Source: a virus (lineage: Duplodnaviria > Caudoviricetes). From it: DNA of 64,000 bases. Under the pieces are notes generated by a model. That model was not told the DNA's origin. It searched no databases and worked only from the letters and a program-made list of their open reading frames with translations. Position 1 is the stretch's first letter. Each line of letters starts with the position of its first letter. A program made the position numbers and the translations under genes. The stretch spans positions 1 through 64,000 of the IMG/VR virus record IMGVR_UViG_3300028797_000010. One strand, 5' to 3'. This document shows, piece after piece, positions 36,275 through 45,439 of this stretch.

Positions 36275-36697
36275 ATGGTTGAAAATCCTATCGTTATCAA
36301 AGCAAGAAAGGCTTTTATAATTGGTAGTAAATGTTTCCCGTTTATGCTATGCTTGCTTATAGCGTTATCGTACTTGGAAACAATATTTGCGTTGGCTACA
36401 AACGATTTTATTATATATGATGGATATTTGATACCAAATGTTCCTATTTCATGGTTTATAGGCGAATATTTTGAATATCAAATACCATTTGTACTTGCTT
36501 TAATTGTAATAGTTCACGCAACAAATACATGCATTTGGAATAAACTTTGTTGTTATTATTCTTTTATTGCTTTAATTGAAAAGTCTTTCTTTGACTTTGA
36601 ACTTGACCCCGAATACATATACATAATATGTTTGGCCAACATCATTATTAGTGCGTTTTTGGTCTACAAGGGCACGAAAATAATAACACGAATGTAA
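36275..36697 (+). CDS. Multi-pass membrane protein
   Basis: About four hydrophobic helices; AT-rich. Confidence 0.75.
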   Translation: MVENPIVIKARKAFIIGSKCFPFMLCLLIALSYLETIFALATNDFIIYDGYLIPNVPISWFIGEYFEYQIPFVLALIVIVHATNTCIWNKLCCYYSFIALIEKSFFDFELDPEYIYIICLANIIISAFLVYKGTKIITRM

Positions 36698-36767
36698 CTT
36701 TATGTTATATTTGTGTTAATTTTGTGTTAAATATCGGAAAACATTTGCAAGTTACGAATGAAAGTTG

Positions 36768-36775
36768 TAATTTTG
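36768..36775 (+). promoter_or_regulatory. -7 promoter element (TAATTTTG) upstream of tRNA/dnaN
   Basis: TGTTAAA...TTTGCA...gTAATTTTGca. Confidence 0.65.
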
Positions 36776-36988
36776 CACTTGATAAATTTTCTTTTGGATA
36801 AATGCCTATAAATTTAAGTTAATACGCGATACGGAACAAGGCATTGTGAAATGTAGTAGTTCCACTTTTGCATAAAAACAAAGCTTATCTTTATTTGTTT
36901 TTAAGAAAACCACGAAAGCGAAAATCCGTGAGGCCGAGTAGCTTTTTTACATTGTGGCGTGGTAAAGATAAAAGTAGTGGTTAGTTCC

Positions 36989-37059
36989 AGGAGATTGGTG
37001 TAACGGTAACACGTGAAGATTTGGCCTTCAAGTAGGGGTTTCGACTACCTCATTTCCTA
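36989..37059 (+). tRNA. tRNA-Gln (anticodon TTG at 37021-37023), CCA not encoded
   Basis: Cloverleaf: acceptor AGGAGAT/ATTTCCT, D stem GTGT/ACAC, anticodon stem TGAAG/CTTCA with loop ATTTGGC, T stem GGGGT/ACCTC with loop TTCGACT. Confidence 0.85.
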
Positions 37060-37097
37060 CAAAAATTCATATATTTTATTCACGAAAACAATAAATT

Positions 37098-38237
37098 ATG
37101 GCAAAATTAAGAATTAGTACAGACGAAGTGTTACCGCGACTTGCACAGGTTGTAGGCGTCGTAAATTCAAAGAGTCCGCTACCAATACTTGGTAACGTGG
37201 TGTTCCAAACAAGACAAGACGGTGGGCTTACCATTACGGCGTCGGATAGCGAGATTTGGCTTACGGTCAAAGTCCCTTGTATTCAATCCGACGAACCCAT
37301 GACGTTCTGTGTTCTCGCAACGGACATTTTCAAGGTGCTTTCCAACCTTAAAGGCAAGGAAGTGGAAATGACGCTTGACAAGGAAACACACACCGTTCAA
37401 GGCACGTATCAAAAGGGTCGTTTCTCGTTGCCGTACGAGGATGCAACGGACTTTCCACGTCCAATGATGGACATGACGGATGCAAAGACGATTCTAATGC
37501 ACGCAACGAACTTTATCCGTGCCATTGGCAAGGCGAACTTTGCCGTAGCCAACGAAAAGCTGCGTCCAATATTGAACGGCGTGCATTTCATTTTCTCAAA
37601 CACGGGGATGATAGCCGAGGCTACGGATGGACAGAAACTTATTCGCTATGTCGATAAGACCATTGAGAACTTTGGCGATGGCGAAAGCGAAACGGCCTTT
37701 GTGTTGCCAAAGAAACCCGTGACGTTGCTTATTGGCTTGCTTAATGGGTATAGCGATGATGTAAAGATTGAATTCACTCCGAGTTGTGTGGCCATTTCAA
37801 ACACCGAGTTCAAGATGATGGCACGATTGCTTGAGGGAAAATACCCTACACTTGAACGCATTATCCCGACGGACAATACAATTAAAGTCACCATACCAAA
37901 GAATGACCTAATAGAGGCTTTGAAACGTGTACTTCCGATGGGCGATGCCGTAAGTGAACTTGTAAGCCTTGCTTTCTCGATTGGAAACTTGACGGTGGCC
38001 ACGACGGACATCAACTATAGCAAGTCGGCAGATGAAAGCATCGATTGCGACTACGCAAGCCCAGAACTTTCAATAGGTTTCAACGGTAGCTATTTGTTGG
38101 ACGTGCTGGCAAACATCGAAGATGACAATGTATGTATCATGTTGAAAGATGCGACACGCGCTGGTTTGTTCAAGCCCGAGAGCATTGACGAAAGTGAGGA
38201 CTATGTTTCATTGTTGATGCCCATATTCTTGCTATAA
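37098..38237 (+). CDS. dnaN: DNA polymerase III beta sliding clamp
   Basis: 379 aa; LPILGNV, ITASDSEI, RPILNGV, ATDG.KL, RLLEGKYP, IGFNGSYLLD, LLMPI. Confidence 0.96.
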   Translation: MAKLRISTDEVLPRLAQVVGVVNSKSPLPILGNVVFQTRQDGGLTITASDSEIWLTVKVPCIQSDEPMTFCVLATDIFKVLSNLKGKEVEMTLDKETHTVQGTYQKGRFSLPYEDATDFPRPMMDMTDAKTILMHATNFIRAIGKANFAVANEKLRPILNGVHFIFSNTGMIAEATDGQKLIRYVDKTIENFGDGESETAFVLPKKPVTLLIGLLNGYSDDVKIEFTPSCVAISNTEFKMMARLLEGKYPTLERIIPTDNTIKVTIPKNDLIEALKRVLPMGDAVSELVSLAFSIGNLTVATTDINYSKSADESIDCDYASPELSIGFNGSYLLDVLANIEDDNVCIMLKDATRAGLFKPESIDESEDYVSLLMPIFLL

Positions 38238-38248
38238 ACGTGTGTGCT

Positions 38249-38626
38249 ATGGCTGAAAGTGACTTCTATCCTGCGGGCGCATACAACGACCCTGACGCGC
38301 CGTTTAACGAGAAAATCATACCACTTCGAGAGTTTGACATTGAAGCAGAATTCACCATGCGAAAGGTTGTGACGGTGAAGACCAGCGACTACATCCCCGA
38401 ATATGATGATGAAAATGGACGTGATTGCCCCAACACCGAGAACACCGATTGGCACAGCGCTTATGACGATAACGGGCATTATACGATAATCGAATTGTTG
38501 TCGGAATTGGAAGAATACGTGTTGGAAGATATGAAGACGTGTTCACCAAACACAGGCAAAGGTAGGGCATTGAAACGCCTCTTGGAAAATTGCCGTGGTT
38601 GGACAATGGAAGCAAACTTTGAGTAA
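38249..38626 (+). CDS. Conserved phage hypothetical protein
   Basis: MAESDFYPAGAYNDPDAPFN N-terminus. Confidence 0.75.
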   Translation: MAESDFYPAGAYNDPDAPFNEKIIPLREFDIEAEFTMRKVVTVKTSDYIPEYDDENGRDCPNTENTDWHSAYDDNGHYTIIELLSELEEYVLEDMKTCSPNTGKGRALKRLLENCRGWTMEANFE

Positions 38627-38628
38627 GA

Positions 38629-39057
38629 ATGACGGATTACGACAGCTATGTAAACGGGTACATAGAAAGAGCCAAGGATGGTTACTATGTGGGTTCTTTA
38701 AGGGTGGAGGGCGTAAACCTTTCACCCATTGAAGGACAGTATTTCAAGAAAGACAACGAGGTGTACCTTTTCATCAAGCGTCGCCCAATCATGGAATACA
38801 ACTATGAAAGGGATTCGTTCATCACGCGCGAACGCACACCACAAGTGCTTATCTACATGAAGAAGCAAGTCAACAATGACGGCGTTGTGGCGTATAAGGG
38901 CGAGTTCATGTTCATGCGGTTCAAGTTCCACATCGAAGGTATTTGGGACAAGATTCTTGGAAATGACATGAAACGCCTCAACCTATACGTGGAACGTGCC
39001 CCGATACAGGAACAAACACTATTACAAAACATAGCCAAAGCAAAGGAAAGGAAATGA
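38629..39057 (+). CDS. Hypothetical protein
   Basis: 142-aa ORF in a run. Confidence 0.75.
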   Translation: MTDYDSYVNGYIERAKDGYYVGSLRVEGVNLSPIEGQYFKKDNEVYLFIKRRPIMEYNYERDSFITRERTPQVLIYMKKQVNNDGVVAYKGEFMFMRFKFHIEGIWDKILGNDMKRLNLYVERAPIQEQTLLQNIAKAKERK

Positions 39058-39530
39058 AAACAGACGAACAGATAAAATCCGACTGGCAACGGCTTGAAAA
39101 AGAGAACTTGGAAAAAGCCTGCGAATATCTTTCCAAGTGCGAAACTGACGTTGAAGAATACATAGCCGATTGCATCGCCGCATTGTGCGACATTACGGTA
39201 TCGGAAATGCTTTCGGACGCGGCACAAGCACGCATAGCACAGCCACGTTGGCTTTATTGGTATGCCATACGCTACATGACAAATGAAACGTATGACGAAA
39301 TCGCCACAAGGACGATAAAACGAAGCGGGTGTAGTTTTACTGCCAACGGAATAGGCCAAAGCATCAACAAAATGGCCATTATGGTGGCCATAGAGCCGAT
39401 TTGGACAAAGCGGTGGACAATTATCAAGCACATCATAAAAATGCGCGACAAGGCAAATGCAAGCACCCAAGAAAACGTTGTGCGCATCATAGCACCCAAA
39501 AGCGTAAAAGTTGAACTAAAAACGGAATAA
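39054..39530 (+). CDS. DnaA domain IV-like HTH protein
   Basis: RIAQPRWLYWYAIRYMTNETYDEIA resembles the DnaA C-terminal ARQIAMYL.R..T..SL.EIG motif. Confidence 0.55.
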   Translation: MKTDEQIKSDWQRLEKENLEKACEYLSKCETDVEEYIADCIAALCDITVSEMLSDAAQARIAQPRWLYWYAIRYMTNETYDEIATRTIKRSGCSFTANGIGQSINKMAIMVAIEPIWTKRWTIIKHIIKMRDKANASTQENVVRIIAPKSVKVELKTE

Positions 39531-39536
39531 AAGATT

Positions 39537-39953
39537 ATGTTACACGAAGTAAAAGTACAGTACAAGACACGTAACGATGATGGTAATGAAGTCACCAAGA
39601 AAGATTGGTACATCGTGGACAATTGCAATTTGTTTTGCGAGGTTGAACACAAGGTTTTCAAGAACTTTAACTATGACACCATAAAGGACTTTGACGTGAC
39701 GGACATCAAGCGTTCACGCATCAAGGAAGTGGCAAACACAAGGTCAAGTGACAATGAAAAGATGTTCATGGCCGAGGTCAAGGACACGTTCACAACCGAT
39801 GACGGAGTAGAGAAGGAAATCAAGTACAAGGTTGTTTTCTTTTCCACCGACATTGACAAGGCATTGTCGTTCATCATCGAATACATGGAACAAGGCTACG
39901 ATATGTCGCTTATAGGATTAAAGAAAACCAAATACGTCGATTTGTTGCAATGA
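39537..39953 (+). CDS. DUF4494 family protein
   Basis: Duplicated EVKVQY...DG.E..K / AEVK..F..DDG.EKEIKY halves, Bacteroidota-type. Confidence 0.8.
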   Translation: MLHEVKVQYKTRNDDGNEVTKKDWYIVDNCNLFCEVEHKVFKNFNYDTIKDFDVTDIKRSRIKEVANTRSSDNEKMFMAEVKDTFTTDDGVEKEIKYKVVFFSTDIDKALSFIIEYMEQGYDMSLIGLKKTKYVDLLQ

Positions 39954-40417
39954 AACGTTTCGGTAATTCAAGAGACAACAATAAGTATGGTGCATCAAAG
40001 GTAGTGTTCAAGGGCATCACTTTTGATAGTCGCTATGAACGAGACAGGTATATACTGTTGCTACACTTACAACGTGAGGGGAAAATTAGCCATCTGCGCT
40101 TGCAACAAGGTTTTCGAATCATCAAGAAAGTCATCAAGCTTGTCAAAAAACAACTAAAGACAAAAGTTCGTTGGGACGAGCGCGTTGTAGAACAAGAGGC
40201 ACGTTATCATTGCGATTTCCTATACAAGGAAAACGGCAAGATTATTGTCGAGGAATTCAAATCCAAGATGACAGCAGAACTACCAGACTACATCTTGCGC
40301 CGTAAGCTTATGGTCAACAAGATTTACGACCACAACTCGCGCCAAGGCCGTACGCAATGGGTGTTTCGTGAAGTAATCTATGAACGAAAGGGTAAAGTAA
40401 CTATAACGGATAAATAA
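39950..40417 (+). CDS. DUF1064 family endonuclease
   Basis: NKYGASKV..KGITFDS..E..RY..L, LRLQ..F, Y.CDF.Y...IVEE.KS. Confidence 0.85.
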   Translation: MKRFGNSRDNNKYGASKVVFKGITFDSRYERDRYILLLHLQREGKISHLRLQQGFRIIKKVIKLVKKQLKTKVRWDERVVEQEARYHCDFLYKENGKIIVEEFKSKMTAELPDYILRRKLMVNKIYDHNSRQGRTQWVFREVIYERKGKVTITDK

Positions 40418-40424
40418 CAGGAAA

Positions 40425-41054
40425 ATGCTCAACTATTTGGATTGTAAAAACGTGTTGTTTACACGTGGTGTAACGTTTGACGTTAAGCAATATCTTTTTG
40501 TGGCACAAGTCGTGCTTGGCGAAGACCCACAGACGGCCTACGCCATGATTTACGACCGAGAGAATTTTGTTCGTGAAACTGGTACCGAAGAAGAGCAAGA
40601 ATATCTTTCAAGGTTCACCAAAGATGCCGACGTGATGTTGAACCAACAAGAATGCAGACATATCTATGACTTCCTAAAGGAAAACTACCAGTCGGACGTG
40701 CAAGCATCGGCGTCCACGTTGGAGGACTACAAGTTCAGCGGCTCGGACGTTCAGCAATTGTTGGCTAATCTATTGCATAATCGTGCTGGTAGTGCCGACA
40801 ACCTTGACGATGCAAGCGTAAAGGACGTGATTTCGCTTATCAAGATGATGTACGAACAAGGCGCATTGGATAGTGGCGACACTTTTCAAAAGCATTTTAT
40901 ACAAATCCATGATGCCTTTAATGCCTTATGCACGGCTTGTAACCATGAATTCGAGGCACATGCTGGCATTGACTGCATTTGCCCACATTGCCGCCAAGTG
41001 TATAAATGGTCGGAAAACGAGCGCCGTTTCTATCCTAATCCGTCAAAGCTATGA
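40425..41054 (+). CDS. Hypothetical protein with a C-terminal Zn ribbon
   Basis: CTAC.HEF...CICPHC.QVY.W. Confidence 0.75.
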   Translation: MLNYLDCKNVLFTRGVTFDVKQYLFVAQVVLGEDPQTAYAMIYDRENFVRETGTEEEQEYLSRFTKDADVMLNQQECRHIYDFLKENYQSDVQASASTLEDYKFSGSDVQQLLANLLHNRAGSADNLDDASVKDVISLIKMMYEQGALDSGDTFQKHFIQIHDAFNALCTACNHEFEAHAGIDCICPHCRQVYKWSENERRFYPNPSKL

Positions 41055-41446
41055 TAGAAACAATTAACATAGACATCTACCTGAATTGCATCGTATTTGC
41101 CGTAGGCATAGACGAGAAAGAATTTGATGACTTGTACTATCGGAATGTAACAAGGATTACGGATGAGGAATATAAGCTGATACGCAAGGATATTGCAGAC
41201 AAGAACTCTTGCAATGGATTAACTACGCAGCTTGACAACGGAAACGTGTTTGTATTCATACGGAAAGGTCAAGAACGCAAAGACTTAACTGTTGCACACG
41301 AGATTTTTCATGCCACACACAACATCTTGAAACGTGCTGGTGTTGTACTTGATGCCGACGGCGAGGCTTATGCCTATCTTATCGGATGGTTGACGAACGA
41401 ATATTATAACAGATTGGACGATTACGAGGATGGAAAAGCAAAGTAA
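41051..41446 (+). CDS. Small HExxH zincin-like protein
   Basis: VAHEIFHAT...DGEAYAYLIGWL. Confidence 0.7.
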   Translation: MIETINIDIYLNCIVFAVGIDEKEFDDLYYRNVTRITDEEYKLIRKDIADKNSCNGLTTQLDNGNVFVFIRKGQERKDLTVAHEIFHATHNILKRAGVVLDADGEAYAYLIGWLTNEYYNRLDDYEDGKAK

Positions 41447-41559
41447 ATTTCAAGGAAAATCTTGTAATTCGGGTAAGCCAATAATTACAAAGGGCGATAT
41501 GGTTCTTATACCACCAAGCAGTTTCACATTAACAAAAGTTCAAAAATGGAGAAAACGTT

Positions 41560-42216
41560 ATGAAAGAAACAAAAGATAAATCGTGGAAACTTGTAAAACA
41601 AGACCAGAATAACGAAGACCAATATCTATTGGGATTCTTTAATAGCGAGAAACACGCTAAAGACAATATCCAGTTTATCATGCAAAAGTACGGCAATTGG
41701 ATTAAAAGCAAAGAAAGCATTGTCGTTAAGCGCGTCAATCCCGAAATGATTCTAAACCCAGTCGTTACGGATTACATGCACTACGTATGGTCGTTGATAC
41801 CAAAAAAGGAAATCGAACGTGTTATGAAATCGGATGCGTCGGCAGAGATTGATGCCTCGAGTTGTATGTGTGGTGGTGCGACGTATTACTATTTGTCTAA
41901 GATGATTCCAAAGCATTGGACAGTCATCGACATAGGTTGTGCGTACAATTCGCAATCTTATTTGTTCCAATCACATGCAAGACACATTGCAATAGAACCT
42001 GTGTGGCTTGACAAAGACTTTCATTTCGAGTATTTTAAAGCACCGAACACGGAATTGCTGTTTATGACTGGGCAAGAGTTTATTCAGAACGAATTATCGA
42101 AAATGAAATTGGATTTGAATAAGACTTTTGCTATCTGTAATTACATACCCAGTGATGCTTGCAACCTAATGGTTCGCGAAACTTTTAAAAACCTTTGGTG
42201 TTTCTACCCGTCGTAA
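41560..42216 (+). CDS. Class I SAM-dependent methyltransferase-like protein
   Basis: WTVIDIGCAY (motif I-like) and HIAIEP (motif II-like). Confidence 0.55.
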   Translation: MKETKDKSWKLVKQDQNNEDQYLLGFFNSEKHAKDNIQFIMQKYGNWIKSKESIVVKRVNPEMILNPVVTDYMHYVWSLIPKKEIERVMKSDASAEIDASSCMCGGATYYYLSKMIPKHWTVIDIGCAYNSQSYLFQSHARHIAIEPVWLDKDFHFEYFKAPNTELLFMTGQEFIQNELSKMKLDLNKTFAICNYIPSDACNLMVRETFKNLWCFYPS

Positions 42217-42253
42217 ATTTTGTTAAATGCTTGCATATTTAAAATAAAGTTCG

Positions 42254-42261
42254 TACCTTTG
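42254..42261 (+). promoter_or_regulatory. -7 promoter element (TACCTTTG) for the endonuclease gene
   Basis: TGTTAAA..TTGCATATTTAAAA...cgTACCTTTGca. Confidence 0.75.
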
Positions 42262-42265
42262 CAAA

Positions 42266-42321
42266 GTGGATAGGTCGGAAGTCATGAGCCGACCGAAAAG
42301 GTAAGTCGAAAGCCCTGCCAC
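42266..42321 (+). ncRNA. Compact structured leader RNA (three-way junction candidate)
   Basis: Outer stem GTGG-TAGG/CCTG-CCAC; inner hairpin GGTCGG (42273-78)/CCGACC (42289-94). Confidence 0.45.
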
Positions 42322-42358
42322 CTTGCAATTTTTCGACATTTTTAATTTCGACAAAAAT

Positions 42359-43288
42359 ATGGACGACGTACAAAAAATGGAGTTATATGAAAACGTAATC
42401 ACAAGTTTGTTTTCTAAACTCAAAGAGCAAGATAATTCTTTCTTGCGTGAGAAAGACAACGCGAACACAATAGAAAAGGCAATGTCTCTTTTGGATTGGG
42501 CTTACAAGGATGAAAATTTCGTCTTCGACAACGTTTATGCGTATATTTTTCAAGACTTGAAAAGTGTATATATTGGTAGAACAACCAATTTGATTGCGCG
42601 AGACAAGCAACATCGTACAGATAAAGATTCTGCTGTATTCAAGTTTTCACAAACTAATTCTGTAGAAATACCAAGAATGACCATCCTTGAAAGAAATGTT
42701 AGTTTAGAAGATGGAATAAAAATGGAAAGTTTTTATTGCGGTGCGGCTAAAAAGAAAGGGTGGAATTTAATAAACATAGCAAAAACGGGCATACATGTCT
42801 CTGCTGGAAAGCCTAAAGCAAAATGGGATTTTGAAAAATGTTACAACGAAGCAATAAAATATAGTAATGTTGGTGACTTTAAAAAATACGCCCCTTATGC
42901 TTACGAAAGGTCTATTAGAAAAGGTTTCTTGTCTAATTTTTATTGGTTAAACGGGAGAATCATAAACGTTAAAAGAGTTAGAACGTATGAGGAATGTGTA
43001 GAAATTGCAAAGAAATACAAATCACTTAATTCTTTCTATAAAAATGAAAAAAGGGTTTTTAGGTATTCAAAAGACAGAGGGTGGCTTGATGATTTTACGT
43101 GGTTAAAACGCGAAAAAGAACATAAGAAAAAGGTTGCCCAATATACTAAAGATGGTATATTGTTGAATGTGTTCCCCAGTATAAATAAGGCCAGCATAGC
43201 CACAGGCATATCTTATAGCGGTATTTATAACTGCTACATTGGTAAAACAAGGGAATACAAAGAATATATTTGGAAACCTGTTGATTAA
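42359..43288 (+). CDS. Free-standing GIY-YIG homing-type endonuclease with repeated DNA-binding modules and NUMOD1
   Basis: VYAYIF....VYIGRT....R..QH, E..YC, GWNLIN; two KW/RT.E.C..EA.KY repeats; C-terminal KKVAQYTKDG..L..FPSI..AS. Confidence 0.85.
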   Translation: MDDVQKMELYENVITSLFSKLKEQDNSFLREKDNANTIEKAMSLLDWAYKDENFVFDNVYAYIFQDLKSVYIGRTTNLIARDKQHRTDKDSAVFKFSQTNSVEIPRMTILERNVSLEDGIKMESFYCGAAKKKGWNLINIAKTGIHVSAGKPKAKWDFEKCYNEAIKYSNVGDFKKYAPYAYERSIRKGFLSNFYWLNGRIINVKRVRTYEECVEIAKKYKSLNSFYKNEKRVFRYSKDRGWLDDFTWLKREKEHKKKVAQYTKDGILLNVFPSINKASIATGISYSGIYNCYIGKTREYKEYIWKPVD

Positions 43289-43290
43289 AA

Positions 43291-43341
43291 ACGTGTTGGT
43301 GTTTTTATGGCCATTATGGCCGTTTTATACCACCAACACGT
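43291..43341. terminator. Strong hairpin at the convergent junction
   Basis: ACGTGTTGGTG/CACCAACACGT, a perfect 11-bp inverted repeat. Confidence 0.6.
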
Positions 43342-43381
43342 CAATTTATCCAGCAACGACACAAAACGCACTTAAAACGCC

Positions 43382-43765
43382 TTATTTGCAAGGTATGGCA
43401 ATTTCCTCTACCACCCTTTGCATCAAGTACCCGATTGTATAGGCCGACGATTCGCCGTCTAAAGGTTCGCCATAATAATCTATGATAGCATCTGCCGCAT
43501 GTTTCAATTCATGCACAACGGTACTCCAAAATTGCGCCCTTGATGTGCTTTTGCCGACATAGATAGCCGTCATACGTATTTCATCGTTTGAAACGGCCAA
43601 TCCGCTATTTGGTGTAGAAAGTACACGTATTGCACGTTGTATCTTTCTTTCATTTAGGCCAAATGAATGTAGGACGGCGGCAATGTCATCCCAATCAAGC
43701 ATATCGAAATCATAAGAAATCAAAACGCCCCATTTGCCATCAATATCAATGTACTTTGTTACCAT
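43382..43765 (-). CDS. Small HExxH zincin-like protein (paralog of 41051-41446)
   Basis: VVHELKHAA...DGESSAYTIGYL; start MVTKYI overlaps the upstream stop. Confidence 0.7.
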   Translation of the reverse strand: MVTKYIDIDGKWGVLISYDFDMLDWDDIAAVLHSFGLNERKIQRAIRVLSTPNSGLAVSNDEIRMTAIYVGKSTSRAQFWSTVVHELKHAADAIIDYYGEPLDGESSAYTIGYLMQRVVEEIAIPCK

Positions 43766-44187
43766 GCCGAATGTATCATTTGTTCCCAAAAGATGATAAC
43801 GCCTTTACACGAGCAATCGCCAAGGAAACGGCAGAAAACAAGTCCGTCGCATCCGTCGGGGTCACAAAGAACGTCTTGGATATACCGCACCATGTGTTCC
43901 TCGTCCTCGATGGACGAACCCCAAAAGTCGGCCTTGACCATGTTTGCCAAATACAAGGCATCGTATTGTTCGTTCGTGTCTATCGATACCTTGTATTTCT
44001 CTAACATTGTTTTCAATTCCTCTATCGTCACAGGCGTAATCTTTGTCAACGTACCCTTCACCTTGTCGTCACGGCGCATCTTCGATATTGCAAATTCACA
44101 AAGCAACTTATTGAAATGACAACCGTAGTATGACAAGTATTGTTCCATGTCCTCGGGTATTAAATAGTTCATCATTGTATTTGCCAT
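43759..44187 (-). CDS. Hypothetical protein of the unknown six-gene operon
   Basis: YLSYYGCHFNK.LCEFA...YDALYLANMVKADF.GSSI...DPDG. Confidence 0.8.
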   Translation of the reverse strand: MANTMMNYLIPEDMEQYLSYYGCHFNKLLCEFAISKMRRDDKVKGTLTKITPVTIEELKTMLEKYKVSIDTNEQYDALYLANMVKADFWGSSIEDEEHMVRYIQDVLCDPDGCDGLVFCRFLGDCSCKGVIIFWEQMIHSAW

Positions 44188-44263
44188 AATCCTTATTCAA
44201 TTTTTGACGTTAAACTTTGAATAGGGGAAACCCTTATTCAAGAATCTCCCCCATTTGCTTTAA

Positions 44264-44500
44264 TTAGATATAACGGCCTCTTGAATCACGGGCACGACGC
44301 ATGTTCATTTCCTCGTCCATATCGTCCTCCGAATCCTCCCAACCGTGCTTGTAGCCTACACGGTAGCCGTGTTCGTAAGAACCCGTACCGCCGTGCATCA
44401 TTGGCACGTAGCCGTCGTGACGGTAGCCGCCACGCATCGAACGGCGCATGTCGTTACGCATTTTGCCGTCGCTTTCCTTGTCTACAAAAATATATCCCAT
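44264..44500 (-). CDS. Small Arg/Gly/Met-rich protein
   Basis: RRSMRGGYRHDGY...YEHGYRVGYKHGWED...RRARDSRGRYI. Confidence 0.75.
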   Translation of the reverse strand: MGYIFVDKESDGKMRNDMRRSMRGGYRHDGYVPMMHGGTGSYEHGYRVGYKHGWEDSEDDMDEEMNMRRARDSRGRYI

Positions 44501-44521
44501 AGTCGTCTTTGTTTTAAAGGA

Positions 44522-45043
44522 TTAAACACCACTCGGAGAAGGAGAGTCCAGTTTCTGTAATATCTTCAAGATACTGTCCAACTTCTCGTCGGTAGCAGCC
44601 TGACGTTTCTCTAAGTCGCTTATCGTTCGTGCTTGTTTCTTTTCCTCTGCATAACGCGGATTCAATACTTCAAGCATCTTTTCAGATTCCGCAATGACAC
44701 CCTTATGGTAAGGTATTTGGTCTAAAGCCTTGCGCGACGTCTGTAACATGGTGTCAACCGCCTGTAGCATCGCTTCGCGACTTCCACTAAATGTTACATT
44801 ACCCTTTGCGGCAATCTCAACGCCCAATGGTATGTCGTTAAACGTTTCGTCCTTACCGTTGACGGTTGCGGTCACATCAATAACCTGTTGTGTCTGCAAT
44901 CCTGTCATAAGGTTCGGAGTCTGCGTTGGAAACTTTACATGCGGCTGCGTCTTTGACTTTATTGTGCCGACTTCAAGAATCGGCTTTTCTCCCTGGCGGA
45001 GAATATAAAAAGGACTACCTTGTCCGAGTGATGAAAAATCCAT
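44522..45043 (-). CDS. Hypothetical protein with a C-terminal coiled coil
   Basis: MDFSSLGQGSPFYIL...; heptad pattern at LNPRYAEEKKQ...LDSIL. Confidence 0.8.
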   Translation of the reverse strand: MDFSSLGQGSPFYILRQGEKPILEVGTIKSKTQPHVKFPTQTPNLMTGLQTQQVIDVTATVNGKDETFNDIPLGVEIAAKGNVTFSGSREAMLQAVDTMLQTSRKALDQIPYHKGVIAESEKMLEVLNPRYAEEKKQARTISDLEKRQAATDEKLDSILKILQKLDSPSPSGV

Positions 45044-45074
45044 TGTTAATTACTTTTTATTGTTAATTACTAAG

Positions 45075-45413
45075 TTAAACGGTTGTACGCGACATCAACT
45101 GCAAGATATTGTCGAATCGGTTGTTGAACACAAGGAACACGCCAGTGCCGCCGATAAGTTCGGCAACGGTGACAGGTGTTCCGTCAAAAAGGGTCAACGC
45201 ACGTGTCACCCCGTTCATCGAAAGAGTAACTGGTAACGTTGTCGTTGTAGCCTCAGGTATTGCGTCCGTAAGCCGCACCGTGAAATATCCTATTGGTTGG
45301 ATGCGACGGAAACCAAGTGCAATGTCAACACTTTCCGTGCCGACGGTGATGTTAGTGGAATTGATAAAAGGAATACCACCAGCATTCGTTGTTATATTGT
45401 TTAAACACATCAT
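45075..45413 (-). CDS. Small beta-rich protein
   Basis: 112 aa, Thr/Val-rich alternating strands. Confidence 0.75.
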   Translation of the reverse strand: MMCLNNITTNAGGIPFINSTNITVGTESVDIALGFRRIQPIGYFTVRLTDAIPEATTTTLPVTLSMNGVTRALTLFDGTPVTVAELIGGTGVFLVFNNRFDNILQLMSRTTV

Positions 45414-45439
45414 GCCTTTAACCTCCTATCCTTAAATCA

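Noticed and set aside
37060-37097. Theta/HDV-like ribozyme 3' of the tRNA
   Set aside because: Only 38 AT-rich nt separate the tRNA from dnaN, with no pairing potential
42323-43288. Group I intron hosting the GIY-YIG gene
   Set aside because: Flanking genes are complete and convergent, the gene has its own promoter, and there is no room for an intron core
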